A stretch of DNA of 64,000 nucleotides from Hemiscyllium ocellatum (taxonomy: Eukaryota), in the NCBI RefSeq assembly GCF_020745735.1, contig NC_083436.1, positions 30,837,299-30,901,298 of the forward strand, written 5' to 3'. The notes below the pieces were generated by a model. That model saw only the letters and a program-made list of their open reading frames with translations. It searched no databases and was not told where the DNA came from. Made by a program: the position numbers and the translations under genes. Below are positions 1-12,201 of the stretch, piece after piece (the first letter of the stretch is position 1; the number at the start of each line of letters is the position of its first letter).

Positions 1-199
1 CCCTTCTTCAGGAAAGGCTCATTCTGCTTCATTCAAGAGCAGAATCCCACTTCTAGTGGAGTGAAAGAGATTGTGATGTACTGGGGCAGGATGCTGATCA
101 TTGTTCCACTCAAAACCAGAAGAACTAAACATAAGTAAGTACGGCATTATCTGGCGGTAATATTAGAAGCTCCAGAACTCGCTGCCTGCATCTTTGTTT

Positions 200-951
200 T
201 AGAGTCATAGAAATGTACAGCACAGAAATAGACCCTTCAGTTCAACACTTACATGCTGACCAGATATTCCAACCCAATTAGTCCCACCTGCCACCACCCG
301 GCTCTTTTCCCTCCAAACCCTTCCTATTCATATACCCATTCAAATGTTGCAATTCTGCCAGCCTCCACCACTTCCTCTGGCAGCTCATTCCACACACACC
401 CACTACCGTCTGCATGAAAATGTTGCCCCTTAGGTCTCTTTTATATCTTTCCTCTCTCACCCTAAACCTATTACCTCTAGTTCTGGACTACCCCACCCCA
501 AGGAAAAGACCTTGTCTATTTACCCTCTCCATGCCCCTCATGATTTTATAAACCTCTATAAGGTTACCCCTCAGCTTCCAATGCTCCAGGGAAAACAGCT
601 CTAGCCTATTCAACCTCTCCCTATAGCTCAAATCCTCCAACCCTGGCAACTCTCTTGTAAATCTTTTCTGAACCCTTTCTTGTTTCACATCTTTCTGATA
701 GGAAGGAGACCAGAGTTGCATACAATATTCCAAAATTAGCCAAATCAATGTCCTGTACAGCCACAACATGACCTCCCAATTCCTGCACTCAATACTCTGA
801 CCAATAAAGGAAAGTATACCAAACACTATCTACTTGTGACTCCACTTTCAAGGAGCTATGAACCTGCACTCCAAAGTCTCTTTGTTCGGCAGCGCTCCCT
901 AGGACCTTACCATAAAGTGTATAAGTCCTGCTAAGATTTGCTTTCCCAATC
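200..951 (-). mobile_element. CR1/HER1-like LINE 3' fragment
   Basis: Minus-strand translation ERVQKRFTRELPGLEDLSYRERLNRLELFSLEHWKLRGNLIEVYKIMRG is the CR1 ORF2 C-terminus. Has a (CTATGACT)-type tail; frameshifted. Confidence 0.9.
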
Positions 952-1642
952 CATTTCTTTTCCCTGCCTTTAAGACACTCCTTCAAACTTTCTTCTTTGA
1001 GCAAGTTTCAGACACGGCTCTGTTTTCCTTTGACTCAGTATCAGCTTCTGTCTGAATACCACCACACCACAACTAACCCCCCAACTCCTATGTGCTACTT
1101 TGGAAGAGGTGCTACATAAATGCAAGTTAGTTTGTTTTCTTGTGGGACCTTGGTGTGGAAAATTGACCATTATGTTTCAAACTAAAGAGTGTAAACATGT
1201 CTCATTGACTTTAAAGCATTTTGAGTTGCCCATAAATTGTGAAAAGCACTATATGAATTAAATGCCTTTCTTGTTTTCTTTATAATTATAGATGGACAAT
1301 AAATATTGCCTTGACAGTATTAGCCATATGCTGAGATCTTTTAAAAATAAAAATACAAGTCACTCTGTCAAGGATATAAAAGTGCAGTCTTCAATATTTG
1401 TCAGAGAAGTTGATCTGAAATCATTTAATTATTTAATTTTAATTTAATTTAAGTGTTTGTTATACATCAAACACCATTGAAAGCAACACTTTTGAACTTT
1501 TAATGGATCGGTTATACAGACACTCAGATTGTGTGAATTATCAGTCACCCTTCAAAAATAATGTAAGTCCCAGCAACCACACTAACTCAATGATAATATA
1601 CTGATGTTCCTTCACCCTACTCAAGCTATAGTAAGAATGAGT

Positions 1643-1938
1643 GGGCGGCACGGTGGCACAATGGTTAGCACTGCTGTCTCACAGCGGCTGAGACCTGGGT
1701 TCAATTCCTGACTCAGGCAACTGATTGTGTGGAATTTGCACGTTCTCCCTGTGTCTGTGTGGGTTTCCTCCGGGTGCTCCGGTTTCCTCCCACAGTCCAA
1801 AGATGTGCGGGTCAGGTGAATTGGCCATGCTAAATTGCCTGTAGTGTTAGGTTAGGGGTATGGGTGGGTTGTGCTTCGGCGGGTTGGTGTGGACTTGTTG
1901 GGCCGAAGGGCCTGTTTCCACACTGTAAGTAATCTAAT
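1643..1938 (+). mobile_element. tRNA-derived V-SINE (HE1-like)
   Basis: A/B-box head GGGCGGCACGGTGGC...GGTTCAATTCC, V-domain TGTGTGGA.TTTGCACGTTCTCC, CR1-like tail ending in AATCT repeats. Confidence 0.9.
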
Positions 1939-2923
1939 TGAATACTGAAAGATAAAGTACAAATTTAAAGAAGCAACACTTATTGATCGTATGACATCAA
2001 ACTTTGTAACTAACCTGTAAACACTGGGCATTCACCTGGTGTACTGCTGCTAATGAATGTAACTATTTTATAGTGTAACACTGGAAGGGTTTCTTCCCCA
2101 GATACATGACTTGCCCAATTATCTTTGCTCAATACTGACTCAGGCCAATTGATATTCTTTACATTAAATGGGAATAAAACATAACGTGAACAAAGCAATG
2201 TAGTAATCGAGTAGTTTTCAGTTTTATTGATCTGGGTCTCACCAAGAAACTTTCCAGCTAGTTAAGTGTGTGAGTCAAAACTGTCTCAGGTTCTTAGTTG
2301 GATTCTGCTTCTGTTGTTCTGCTGTTTCATTTCACCCTTTCTGTTTGTCTTGATTATGCTTTGCTCTCCTTCATTCCGCCCTCCCTTATTACGCCCCCTA
2401 TCTTCCTTTGTTGGGGTTTAAACTCACCTGCTCTTCTTTCTTGCCTCTTCCTTTTTTTCGTTGCAGAAACAAATCCTTTGCAGAGAACTTCCAAATCAAG
2501 AAGATAAAATGTTATGTGTTCGCATTCCCATTTCTGTTGCGATATTATTGCGGCGAACACGTGTAAACTTCAATCGAGGTATATAAATGATTGCAACAGC
2601 AGACGTTTAAATGCAGAGCAGCTATAAATTTGTTCAAGGATGAAGAATATTGGGTATGAACTGTTTCAGCTTGAGCCGTGCCTATCTCGCTCCCCCCAGT
2701 TAGAAAAAGGATAAGATTTGCATTTTAACAGCTTCCCCCACCCCCACCTCCCCATCCCCCAACAGCCTTTGCTGTCAATGCATTACTGCCGAAGTGCTGT
2801 AATGTTGTAGATGCCTACATGATTAACATTGGTACGGATAAAAGGATACCGTTACTGCTCTTCTACAAACTGAGGGGTGACCTTAGAGAGATTTATAAAA
2901 TCATGAGGGGCATGGATTGGGTA

Positions 2924-3158
2924 GTAGTCACATGAAAGAAGTGAAACTATCACTGTATTCTAACAGATGAAAGGCTTAACAGACAATCAATTTTTCAATG
3001 TATAATTTCAGTTACATCACACTGCAAGTTTTTGCTATAAATTCTGTGCTACGATCGAGCCCTCCACTATCACCTGATGAAGGAGCGTCGCTCCGAAAGC
3101 TAGTGTGCTTCCAATTAAACCTGTTGGACTATAACCTGGTGTTGTGTGATTTTTAACT
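2924..3158 (+). mobile_element. Penelope-like 3' fragment, family B, with hammerhead ribozyme
   Basis: TSD ATGGAT(T/A)GGGTA at 2912-2923 and 3159-3170. Homologous to 53012-53430 and 61785-62003. Confidence 0.85.
3071..3105 (+). ncRNA. Minimal type I hammerhead ribozyme motif (family B, intact)
   Basis: CAC-CTGATGA-A-GGAGC-gtc-GCTCC-GAAA-GC-TA-GTG: stem I CAC/GTG, 5-bp stem II, palindromic AGCT, predicted cleavage after CUA at 3102. Confidence 0.8.
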
Positions 3159-3375
3159 ATGGATAGGGTAAATAGACAAGGTCTTTTCCCTGGGGTGGGG
3201 GAGTCCAGAGCTAGAGTGAATAGGTTCAGGGTGAGAGGGGAAATATATAAAAGAGACCTAAGGGGCAACTTTTTTACACAGAGGCTGTTATGTCTCTGGA
3301 ATGAACTGCCAGAGAAACTGGTGGAGGCTGGATGAGTAAATGAATAGGAAGGGGTTTGGAGGGATATGGGCCTGA

Positions 3376-3577
3376 GTAAAAAATGAGGTCTGCAGATGCT
3401 GGAGATCACAGCTGAAAATGTGTTGCTGGTCAAAGTACAGCAGGCCAGGCAGCATCTCAGGAATAGAGAATTCGACGTTTCGAGTCTGATGAAGGGCTTA
3501 GGCTCGAAACGTCGAATTCTCTATTCCTGAGATGCTGCCTGGCCTGCTGTGCTTTGACCAGCAACACATTTTCAGCT
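3376..3577. mobile_element. Penelope-derived fold-back element, family A
   Basis: 15-bp TSD GGGATATGGGCCTGA at 3361-3375 and 3578-3592. 76-bp inverted arms at 3409-3484 and 3503-3578. HHR core CTGATGA...GAAACGTC at 3486-3513. Confidence 0.9.
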
Positions 3578-3812
3578 GGGATATGGGCCTGACGCTGGCA
3601 AGTGGGACTAGGTTAGTTTAAGGTATCTGGTCGGCATGGACGGGTTGGACCGAAGGGCCTGTTTCCGTGCTGTACTTCTCTATGACTGTATGAATGCTTT
3701 GGGGTCCTTTACATCCCACATGAAAGGGCAGCTGGAGTTTCAGTTTGAATGCCCCATCCAAAACACACTACCTGGGAAAGTGCAGCACATCACTCACTCA
3801 CACACTGGAACG

Positions 3813-3897
3813 TGAAGAAGGGTCACTGGACTCAAAAATGTTAAACTGTTTCTCTCTCTCTACAGACCTGCTGAATTTTTCCAACAATTTCTCTTTG
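3813..3897 (+). mobile_element. Degenerate Penelope terminal fragment, family D
   Basis: TGAAGAAGGGTCACTGGACTCAAAAATGTTAAAC...GACCTGCTGAATTTTTCCA, homologous to 7095-7260. Confidence 0.65.
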
Positions 3898-4445
3898 TGC
3901 TGGAGCGTCAATTTCGATTTGTCTGCTCAGATCCTAAAGTGGTATTTGCAGATGTTGGACGGGGGTTTGGGGGAAGTGGATCTGATGTTCAGATTTGAGT
4001 CTCTCTCCCCTCCCCCCAGCCGACCCCAAAACCTTTTGGCCGCTTGATTAGTCAGAGAGCGATGCGAGACAGTGTGGAGGCTGACTCCTTCAGTCACTGA
4101 CCTCAGGGCAAATAAATTTCCGCACAGAATCCAATCTACACAAATGAGTGAATGTCGTCTAAGATATCCAACGTGTTTCAGAATTGAACTAAGTCCCATC
4201 AACTTTGGTCTTTTTCTGACAACGTGCAATCATTAAATTACCGTCAGTGGTCGGAAATAGAGATTAAGGGAGTTCACAACGGGTTACGAACTGAAGTGAC
4301 TGTTTGAGGGTTGATCAGGCCTGGATACACTCCATCCTGGCCACTGAGCTTCCTGGGATTCGTGAGATAGAGAGAGAAACCTTTCCCTGTTCAGTCCTCC
4401 ATCCCTGCAGGTGTTCTTGTGTCCATTCTACCTCACCATTTAACC

Positions 4446-4574
4446 CACTTATCTCTCCACCCCCTCGGCTCACAGCCTCATTCCTGATGAAGGGCTTTTG
4501 CCCGAGGCGTCGACTCTGCTGCTCCTCGGATGCTGCCTGACCTGCTGTGCTTTTCCAGCACCACACTCTCGACT
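4446..4574 (+). mobile_element. Penelope terminal fragment, family A, HHR mutated (GAAA to GAGG)
   Basis: CACTTATCTCTCCA...TTCCTGATGAAGGGCTTTTGCCCGAGGCGTCGA...GATGCTGCCTGACCTGCTGTGCTTTTCCAGCA. Confidence 0.8.
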
Positions 4575-6359
4575 TGTAGCCTCCTTATCTGTGTGCCTCT
4601 CAACTCCCCATCTCCGGAGAAACAACCATAACCACTTTCGAGAACTGAGAATTAAGGTTTTTTTTCGGAGCTGTTATAGATGAGGTGGGCAGATGCTTCC
4701 GTCTGGGATCGTCGCCCGTTCTACTGAACCGCAAATTCAATGTTTTTCTTAAATTCCCCAAGGAATATTACTCCTCACATCATAGCCTCTCCTTCCAAAC
4801 CAGCTTCGACCTGGAGCTGGTCATTTGCAGACAGAAACAGAGCAGAGTCCAGCTGTTGTTTGAGAAGATAACAATGTGAATTATTTTCTTTCAATAATTA
4901 CATAAGTTTGTCTCTCTCTCTCTCTCTCCGAACACAAAATGTGAACTATTTGATTATTCCCCACCGCATAATGATATTAAAGAAGTGAAGTTTGGGACTG
5001 AAACACGTTTCATAGTTGCAAATTAAGCCAAGTGAAGATTGCCGAGTTCAAGTAAATCTTGCTAAATTACAATAGTGTTAAATGGTGCTGAACAATGTGA
5101 GTTATTCAGGCAGGGGTGGAAGGGGGTGCGGGGTGGATCAGGAATGGCCGTCCAATTCTGCAGCTAGAACTGACAAGGTACTTTCTGCTTTGAAATGGTA
5201 CAGACCTCAATAAATAATGAAAGACTTTTTTTTCCTTAGGATTTTCCAGAAAACATATATTATCCCGAGATATCGCGCAAACTACGGAATGTCTATGTTG
5301 TGTGACTCTCCCCACACCGCACTTAATCCGTAATGAAACATTTGGCCAATGTTCCCGAAACGGCCAATCTCACGTTTTGATTTATCTGCGGGCTGCAGGA
5401 TCGTGTCAGTGCCCCAGTGACCTGACTGAGTCAAGTGCGCTTTCTCCGGGGCAGTTTCCATCCTCACTTGTTGATGTTGGATGTCATTCTGCAATGGCCG
5501 GGCACAATCCAAATCAATTCACAAAGCGCGCTGCGGGGAAGACCAGAGTGGTTTGATGAGCTTCGCATGTTGATGATGACCATTCCATCCCTTGACCTGA
5601 TCTAAGGAAGAAATGGCGGTTAAGAGCGCCATTTAAGTCTGACTTAAATCAGAGGGTTATATTTAATCACTCATTCGCACTGCGCCCGATGATATAACCC
5701 AGATAAATGAACCCCGTTTCTGTTCGGTTATTGATTTTTTTTTCTCCATTGATCCAATTGTAGAGAAAATGGTTAAACTATTTTGCTTTTTAGCATTGTC
5801 ATTGAAATTAGATAAACCTACGCCTGCTCAAATTCCTACCGTGTTCCTCAGACACAAAAAAGAGATATTAAAACTGATAATAACGAAATCCGCCTCTCTG
5901 AACAACACTGGCAGTTAGATAACTGCACGTTTTACACAATTACGTTTGCCTTTGGGAATAATGACTGTCACCCTGAGGGGTGGGTGATACCGAGGGAGAG
6001 ACAATAATTTTAGGGACTTTGCCAGTTAATGTTAGTCCCACCTGAGGTGCTGGCAGCGGGTAATTAACATTCAGTCAGCATTTAGCCACCAGTCTTTAGT
6101 TAAATAGTCATAAAAATACACCTATTGATCTCCTACGAAATTCAGGCGAGATAGTTTCCATCAAAACCCAACTATTATTGCCGTCACTCACTTGTAAACA
6201 GCGCGTGTCCAAATATCTCTGCGAATTAATTTACTGGCGGAAAGTACAATACCATTAAATGTCGTCGCTGACTGTTATTTTCCAGCTCCTACCAACTTCT
6301 ATCGTTTATCGATTTATTATTCATCAATTTTCTTCATCCAGCGCTGAAAACTCTCCCTG

Positions 6360-6563
6360 GAGAAAGCGAGGACTGCAGATGCTGGAGATCAGAGCTGAAA
6401 AATGTGTTGCTGGAAAAGCGCAGCAGGTCAGGCAGCATCCAAGGAACAGGAGAATCGACGTTTCGGGCATCCCTGAAGAAGGGCTCATGCCCCAAACGTC
6501 GATTCTCCTGCTCCTTGGATGCTGCCTGACCTGCTGCGCTTTTCCAGCAACACATTTTCAGCT
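6360..6563. mobile_element. Penelope-derived fold-back element, family A
   Basis: 16-bp TSD CTGAAAACTCTCCCTG at 6344-6359 and 6564-6579. Inverted arms of about 80 bp. The HHR has GAAA changed to CAAA. Confidence 0.9.
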
Positions 6564-7094
6564 CTGAAAACTCTCCCTGTCCCACTGGGGAATTCACTCG
6601 AACCGCTAAATCTTAAGCGGTATGTTGTACCATCATTTTGCCTATATATCTTTCGAATCAAATTGTATTTTAAAGGCTTATCAAGAGGGTTGTTAAATAA
6701 ACCCAACCAGCACTTTAAGTACGAGGAAATCGATTAGAATAACGTTCAACGCTGATATGAATCAGATGCTGCGTTAGTAAATAATACAGAGAGGGGCGAA
6801 TAGGGCTGGGACCGTTAATATGTGCATCGAGTTAGGGTTTCTCAAGGCGAGATCTGAAACAAATCCTATCTTCATCTTCATATTCAGACAAGGATATTCC
6901 ATATTATTGCTGGCGACTCAGAATCTATTCGTATCCCTATCCGGGTTCAATCTCAAATGTATTAACTGAAATTAGTGTACGGTATAACAGAGCGGCCGTG
7001 AAACTGTTCTAACAAACAACTTCCACGAGCAGACAAGTAAAATAAGTGTTATCCCCACCCTAGAACGTCTGTTACTGGGATGAAATCAAACACA

Positions 7095-7260
7095 GAAGAG
7101 AGATGCTGGAAATCTGAATTTAAAAAAACAGAAATTGCTGGAGAAACTCAGCAGTTCTGAAGAGGGGCCACTGGACTCGAAACGTCCACTGCTTTTGTTT
7201 TCTGCCCACAGATATTGCCAGACCTGCTGAGTTTCTCCAGTAATTTCTGTTCTTGATTCG
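7095..7260. mobile_element. Penelope-derived fold-back element, family D, with HHR-like core
   Basis: Arms at 7128-7154 and 7224-7250. GTT-CTGAAGA-GGGGCCACTGGACTC-GAAA-CGTC at 7154-7186. Confidence 0.75.
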
Positions 7261-7449
7261 TAAATGATGTCGCTTGCAGCTTACCGGTCGGTAAACGCTG
7301 GGCGACAGGTGCCAGGGTTTTGGAGGTTGTGCGGCTGGGACAAGGTGTACAGCATTAACGGAGAGCCGCGCAAGGCAATGTACAGGCAGCCGGGCCCATA
7401 CAGCGAACCAGGGGGAGGTCATCAGAGCACGGCTGTGAATCTCGATTGT

Positions 7450-7766
7450 GGGCGGCACGGTGGCACAGTGGTTAGCACTGCTGCCTCACAGCGCCTGTAG
7501 ACCCGGGTTCAATTCCCGACTCAGGCGACTGACTGTGTGGAGTTTGCACGTTCTCCCCGTGTCTGCGTGGGTTTCCTCCGGGTGCTCCGGTTTCCTCCCA
7601 CAGTCACAAAAGATGTGCGGGTCAGGTGAATTGGCCATGCTAAATTGCCCATAGTGTTAGGTAAGAGGTAAATGTAGGGGTATGGGTGGGTTGCGCTTCG
7701 GCGGGTCGGTGTGGACTTGTTGGGCCGAAGGGCCTGTTTCCACACTGTAAATCTAATCTAATCTAA
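7450..7766 (+). mobile_element. tRNA-derived V-SINE (HE1-like), young full-length copy
   Basis: Complete head, V-domain and (AATCT)3 tail; CpGs retained. Confidence 0.92.
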
Positions 7767-10700
7767 CCCCTAAGCTGGAGGGTGCGCACCGGGTCTGAAC
7801 ACTAGACGGACAAACCCTGAAACCATATAATGGATGTTGAAACATTTTTTCCCCTGCATTCGGAAAGAGAGGGCAAAATGTTCTTTCAACTAAATCACTT
7901 CAGGAATGTAAAGCATTGAGCCCTCCCAACCTAGACAGACTGGACTATATTTATGTATATTTTTTAAAATATGTATGTTCACTTGTGAAGACTAATAAAT
8001 CAGACGCGAATGCAAAATATTAAATATTGAGATACCTCCGCACTGCTGTGGACGCGCCGCTAGCTATCGGGACAAGAAAGGCGAACAGATTTCACGGGGG
8101 ACTCTCTCACACTTTCAGATCAGTGTCGTGCTGCCTTTTCGGCTGTCGCCCTTTTCTTTTACCGATCTGTCGCCGAGATCCTCGGAGTCCGGAGGCCAGT
8201 TCAGTTTGCTGGGTCATAGCTTTCAATGGTCCTACCGTCAGACGACTCTGGCCTGATTGACTCCAGCAGGGAAGCGAGAGGCTTTTTTTTCCGGGGGAGT
8301 AAATAACAGATGATTGCGGTTAATAATTCAGTAATCATTAATGAGAGCACACCTCCTTGAATGACTGGCCGGCTCAGGGCAATCAGTTTGCAAGCCACAT
8401 CCGAACCAAATGAGACTTGCAGCTCCCTCCAGGGCGAGGTGATGCCTTTCAGTCTTGCTTCCCCTCTTGTTGCAAGTGACACCTTTGCACAGCCGCAGCT
8501 CCCAGTGAGGTAAAACTCGACAAAAGTTCTCCTCCCGTCGTTTTATTCCAGAGAATATTCCACGAGGGACTGAGTAAACTCACTGCGCCCTCTCTATCTG
8601 AAAATATTAATCTCGAATCCTTTCCACAGAAAAGAAGGGAGCTCATATTTCAATAAATTTGCAATCAGTAACTCGCTTAGCTCAGTTCCAGACCTCTCAA
8701 CAAACTCATGACAGGCCCTGCATCCGGATCATAACCAATTGTTTGAACCCCCCACGCTCCTGTCGTTTGTTTTTACTTTGAACACACACCGCACTTGTCA
8801 ACCTGGGGGCTTGATTTGTTAATACTTCAACCCCCGCCACCACAAGCACTGACCCCCACCACAGGAGGAGCGGGAGGGGGGGGGGGGTGGCAGATTTCCC
8901 ACCCCTGCATTTCCAGCAGAAAGCTGGGAATAGATATTAGGAAAGTGCGCGTTTGAACAGCTCATGCTTTTCGTAGGCTTTAGAATCAGCTGAAAAGCCA
9001 ACGGAGAATGGGTGTTGAATGCATGGATTCTGAATCAACCTTTCTCGAAGTTACGGCACCCCTCTCCTCTCCCCCCGCCCCCTTCGCGGGCAGATAGGTC
9101 TTCAACGCAGGCCTTTCAGCCTAGGGGTAGGGACACTGCCACTGCGCCGCAAAAGTGCCACAGTTTTCCAAAATTGCATTCCCACACCAGTGGAAAGTCA
9201 GGATTGTGGGACAGTTTGCCGTTCTATCCGCTAGGTGTCGCACTGTGAGCGACTCAGCCCCCTTCTGCAGATCTACAAGTGTGAGGGCATTGAAGCGCAC
9301 ACATAGCAGTGAAGGTAGAAACCTTCTAACGCCACATTTATACTCCAATCTTCCCTATTACCAAAGACAGATCTAATAAACTATATAGCTCTTTGCATAA
9401 AATTTTGCATAGCTCACAGGCATCTATTTGACATTAAAACTAGCTATTATTTCGCCGACAAAGTACCACAATTACAGCTCTATGTTTTACACGAGACTCA
9501 TTGTTAAGGGTCACCCAGGAGGACCTTACCAGTTTAAACCCCTATCTGGTGAAGTGTTAGAGCCCGAGGCTGCGCGGCTTCTGACACGTTTCCAGGTTTT
9601 CATCTTTGGCAAAGACTTGGCTTCACTGGAAATGGATCCATGGCGAAGAAACAGGTGGAATGTTCCTCGTGTGCCGTGCAGGAGTTTGAGGGTCGCTCGC
9701 CTGGCTCGCGTCATCGCTGGCGGGTTCACTGCAACTAACTGCAGGGTCCCCGGGACTTGAAGTCAGAGCAGCCGAAGGCTCGGTGGGGATGCATTGTTAT
9801 TGACTGGTGTGAGCCGAGGCTTGAGGCATGGAACCTGTTGTCAGAAGGCATACGCGGACAGATAGCGATACCCTATTAAAACAAAATAAAACGCAACAAT
9901 AAAATAAAGGATATATTTTTAGTCTGATCACAATATTTACAAAACTTACTACTTTAAAATAAATAAGATTCCGGAACACGTCTAAATGTTATAGTAACAA
10001 ATATTTGAACGTGGATTTTCTGGATGTGTGCGGTAAATGCATACCCAAAATGTAAATATGGAATACACACATATAGAATATGTAAATATAGAATATATAG
10101 GTTTTACTGAGTACGAGTTATATTCTGTTTATGTAATTCGTTAAATAAGACTCTGACACATTATACCGTTGTCTCAAATAAACACCTACCACTAATTGCA
10201 GGAGTGTATATGTATTACTTTTTCCAACTTTAGCAAGAAGTCCGAATTCCTTATAAACAGGAAGATGTTGGTCCTTTATTTTGAATGTAAAACTAAGTCT
10301 ATCAGATGTTCTTTAAAGTATTTTAAAACGTTCTTAACCAGCTTAATAGAACAGCATTTCACTATTAACCCAGGGTACCCGGTTGCGCCAAAGTCATTCG
10401 CTACTGAGATGTGTACATTGTGAAACACGGTTACCTCAGTATTTCCTGACAATATAAAAAAAACATACTGTTTTGTTTCACAAATTGTATAAGTCATGAT
10501 TGTATTCACTGTTATTTTAATTATAAGCTCGATTTGGTTCTCGGTATTTTTGCTCTGTTTTAATAATGAAAATTCCCTTTAACTAATTGCGATGTTAAGG
10601 CTAAAGCCAACGGGAATCGATAAATGGTGCCCAGCACTGAACCGGGCCGCGAGTGGGTGGAAGACACGGTATTTGTTCATTTCATTTTCACCGCTTGTCA

Positions 10701-10949
10701 GCGAATTTCTTTAATAACAACGTAATTTCAGATGGTATTCAGGACAGTTAATCAAGGAAAAATATTTTTCAGCCTTTGGACGTTCGAAAAACCATCGAGT
10801 CTCCGCCGTTTTTGAAGTCCATTAACGGTGAGGCAGCAGAAAGGTATCTAACTCGGCAGCACCGAGTCAGTGACGGAACAAGAAGAAATATTGAGTATTG
10901 AGCATCCATTATAAACGACTGATTCTGAATAAACAGACTTTAAGTGCGC

Positions 10950-10971
10950 GTGTGTGTGTGTGTGTGTGTGT
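10950..10971. repeat. (TG)n microsatellite
   Basis: Read directly from the sequence. Confidence 0.9.
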
Positions 10972-11508
10972 GGGGAGGGGGCGAACAATCCTAGATGCAT
11001 TATCATCACAATTTAATTCATCCACGACTGATTTGATTTCGATAGATCTCTTTTGAAACCAATTGCAGACTTCTCCCTTGAACATCACCCCGTTTGATGC
11101 GTATTGTTATAGTGGCGAGGAAGACGGCAGATTGTAATGACCTGGGGAAAAAAAAACAAGCTAACTCTGTGTCATTATGTGAAATAAACTTCAGATCACT
11201 CGATATGTGCCACTGGTAAAACCCAGAACCACTATCACGCTGGCATCTGACTCCAGCGCCTTGTTGCACCTTGGCGTTTGTTTAAATTACTAAAACATAA
11301 TTAATCGACACCTTCTTTGGGAAACCCGTTCAATTTAGACTCTGATTCTAACCATATGGTTCTTATATAACGGGACATTTCCGGTCAATACATATCCTTA
11401 AAGCATAATGCCAACCTTAAATTAGTTCAATGAAGCAAGTCGCCGTCAGATGTGTTGTTTCCAAATATTTTTAAGTAAAAGTGTGCTCTGGGTTTTGCCA
11501 CCTCCCCC

Positions 11509-11541
11509 CACACACACACACATACACACACACACACACAC
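11509..11541. repeat. (CA)n microsatellite next to the promoter
   Basis: Read directly; one interruption. Confidence 0.9.
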
Positions 11542-11579
11542 TATTGGAGTCTCGATGCTCTTTCTGGTCAGTTGCTTTC

Positions 11580-11760
11580 GGTATGTAAATGAAGGAGGGG
11601 GCGGGCTTTGTCCATCCTCCTATGAGGAGGGGTAGGCCTCCGTACGTCGGTGCAGTCTGAGCCAATCCCCAAGCCCATTCCTCGCCCCGGCCCTTTGATT
11701 GACGGGGAGGTGGGCACAGCTCCTGTGCACTTTCCATCCGGAGCACTTCTCAAAACGTCT
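11580..11760 (+). promoter_or_regulatory. Probable NKX6-1 proximal promoter (GC box, CCAAT box, PBX/PKNOX-like site)
   Basis: GGGGCGGG at 11598-11605, CCAAT at 11662-11666, TGATTGAC at 11696-11703. GC-rich with no clear TATA box, about 500 nt upstream of the ATG. The TSS cannot be determined. Confidence 0.55.
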
Positions 11761-12201
11761 CAAAAGTGATGGGAAGCTTTTATTACCACCGGCTGCTTCA
11801 TGTGGGGCGGCAAGGCGAGAGCTGAAAAAAAAAGTCTAAATCTCTTATTGCATTTTCTTTTTGGGGGGTCGGTATATGAAAAAAACCCCAAACTCTGCAA
11901 ACACTTCTGAGAGCAAGAATATCGACCCCAAATCAACAGCTTCTCTCCCCTTGCCCAACTATCACCGTACCTGGGAAATCTAACGGGAGAGTGTTTCTGA
12001 ATCCTTGCTTTATATTAAAAAAAAACAAGATTCCCCAAATTGGTGGAAATTCTTGGACTTTCTTCGAGGTGAAGCTGCCGCTGGTGGTGTTTACATCCAA
12101 CTCTCTCGCCCCCCACCCTCTTCCTCCACCCCCTTTTGTCCTGTCTTCCCTCCCCTTTCCTTGTGATGACTTGGTGACTGGTTCCGATCACTTTTTTGGT
12201 G

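Larger units (their letters stand above)
2866..3693 (+). mobile_element. CR1/HER1-like LINE 3' fragment split by two Penelope insertions
   Basis: LRGDL.E.YKIMRGMD-coding DNA, same family as 200-951; 3' tail GAAGGGCCTGTTTCCGTGCTGTA...CTATGACT. Confidence 0.88.
2715..3945 (-). mobile_element. Old Deu-domain SINE (SacSINE1/AmnSINE1-like) interrupted by nested insertions
   Basis: CTGCTCTTCTACAAA near 2865 resumes as AATGCTTTGGGGTCCTTTACATCCCACATGAAAGGGCAG near 3693. Family similarity recognised from memory. Confidence 0.45.

Noticed and set aside
1-13. Minus-strand CCTGAAGAAGGG, the start of another family A HHR
   Set aside because: Cut off by the window edge, so it cannot be evaluated.
278-1004. 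Minus-strand ORFs resembling an RT C-terminus (also 33086-33499)
   Set aside because: These are frameshifted, 5'-truncated CR1 fragments, not host genes.
1643-1720. tRNA-like heads here and in the other SINE copies
   Set aside because: They continue into the V-domain and LINE tail, so they are SINEs, not tRNA genes.
5631-5649. Short perfect palindrome ATTTAAGTC-T-GACTTAAAT
   Set aside because: 9-bp arms can occur by chance in 64 kb, and there is no supporting context.
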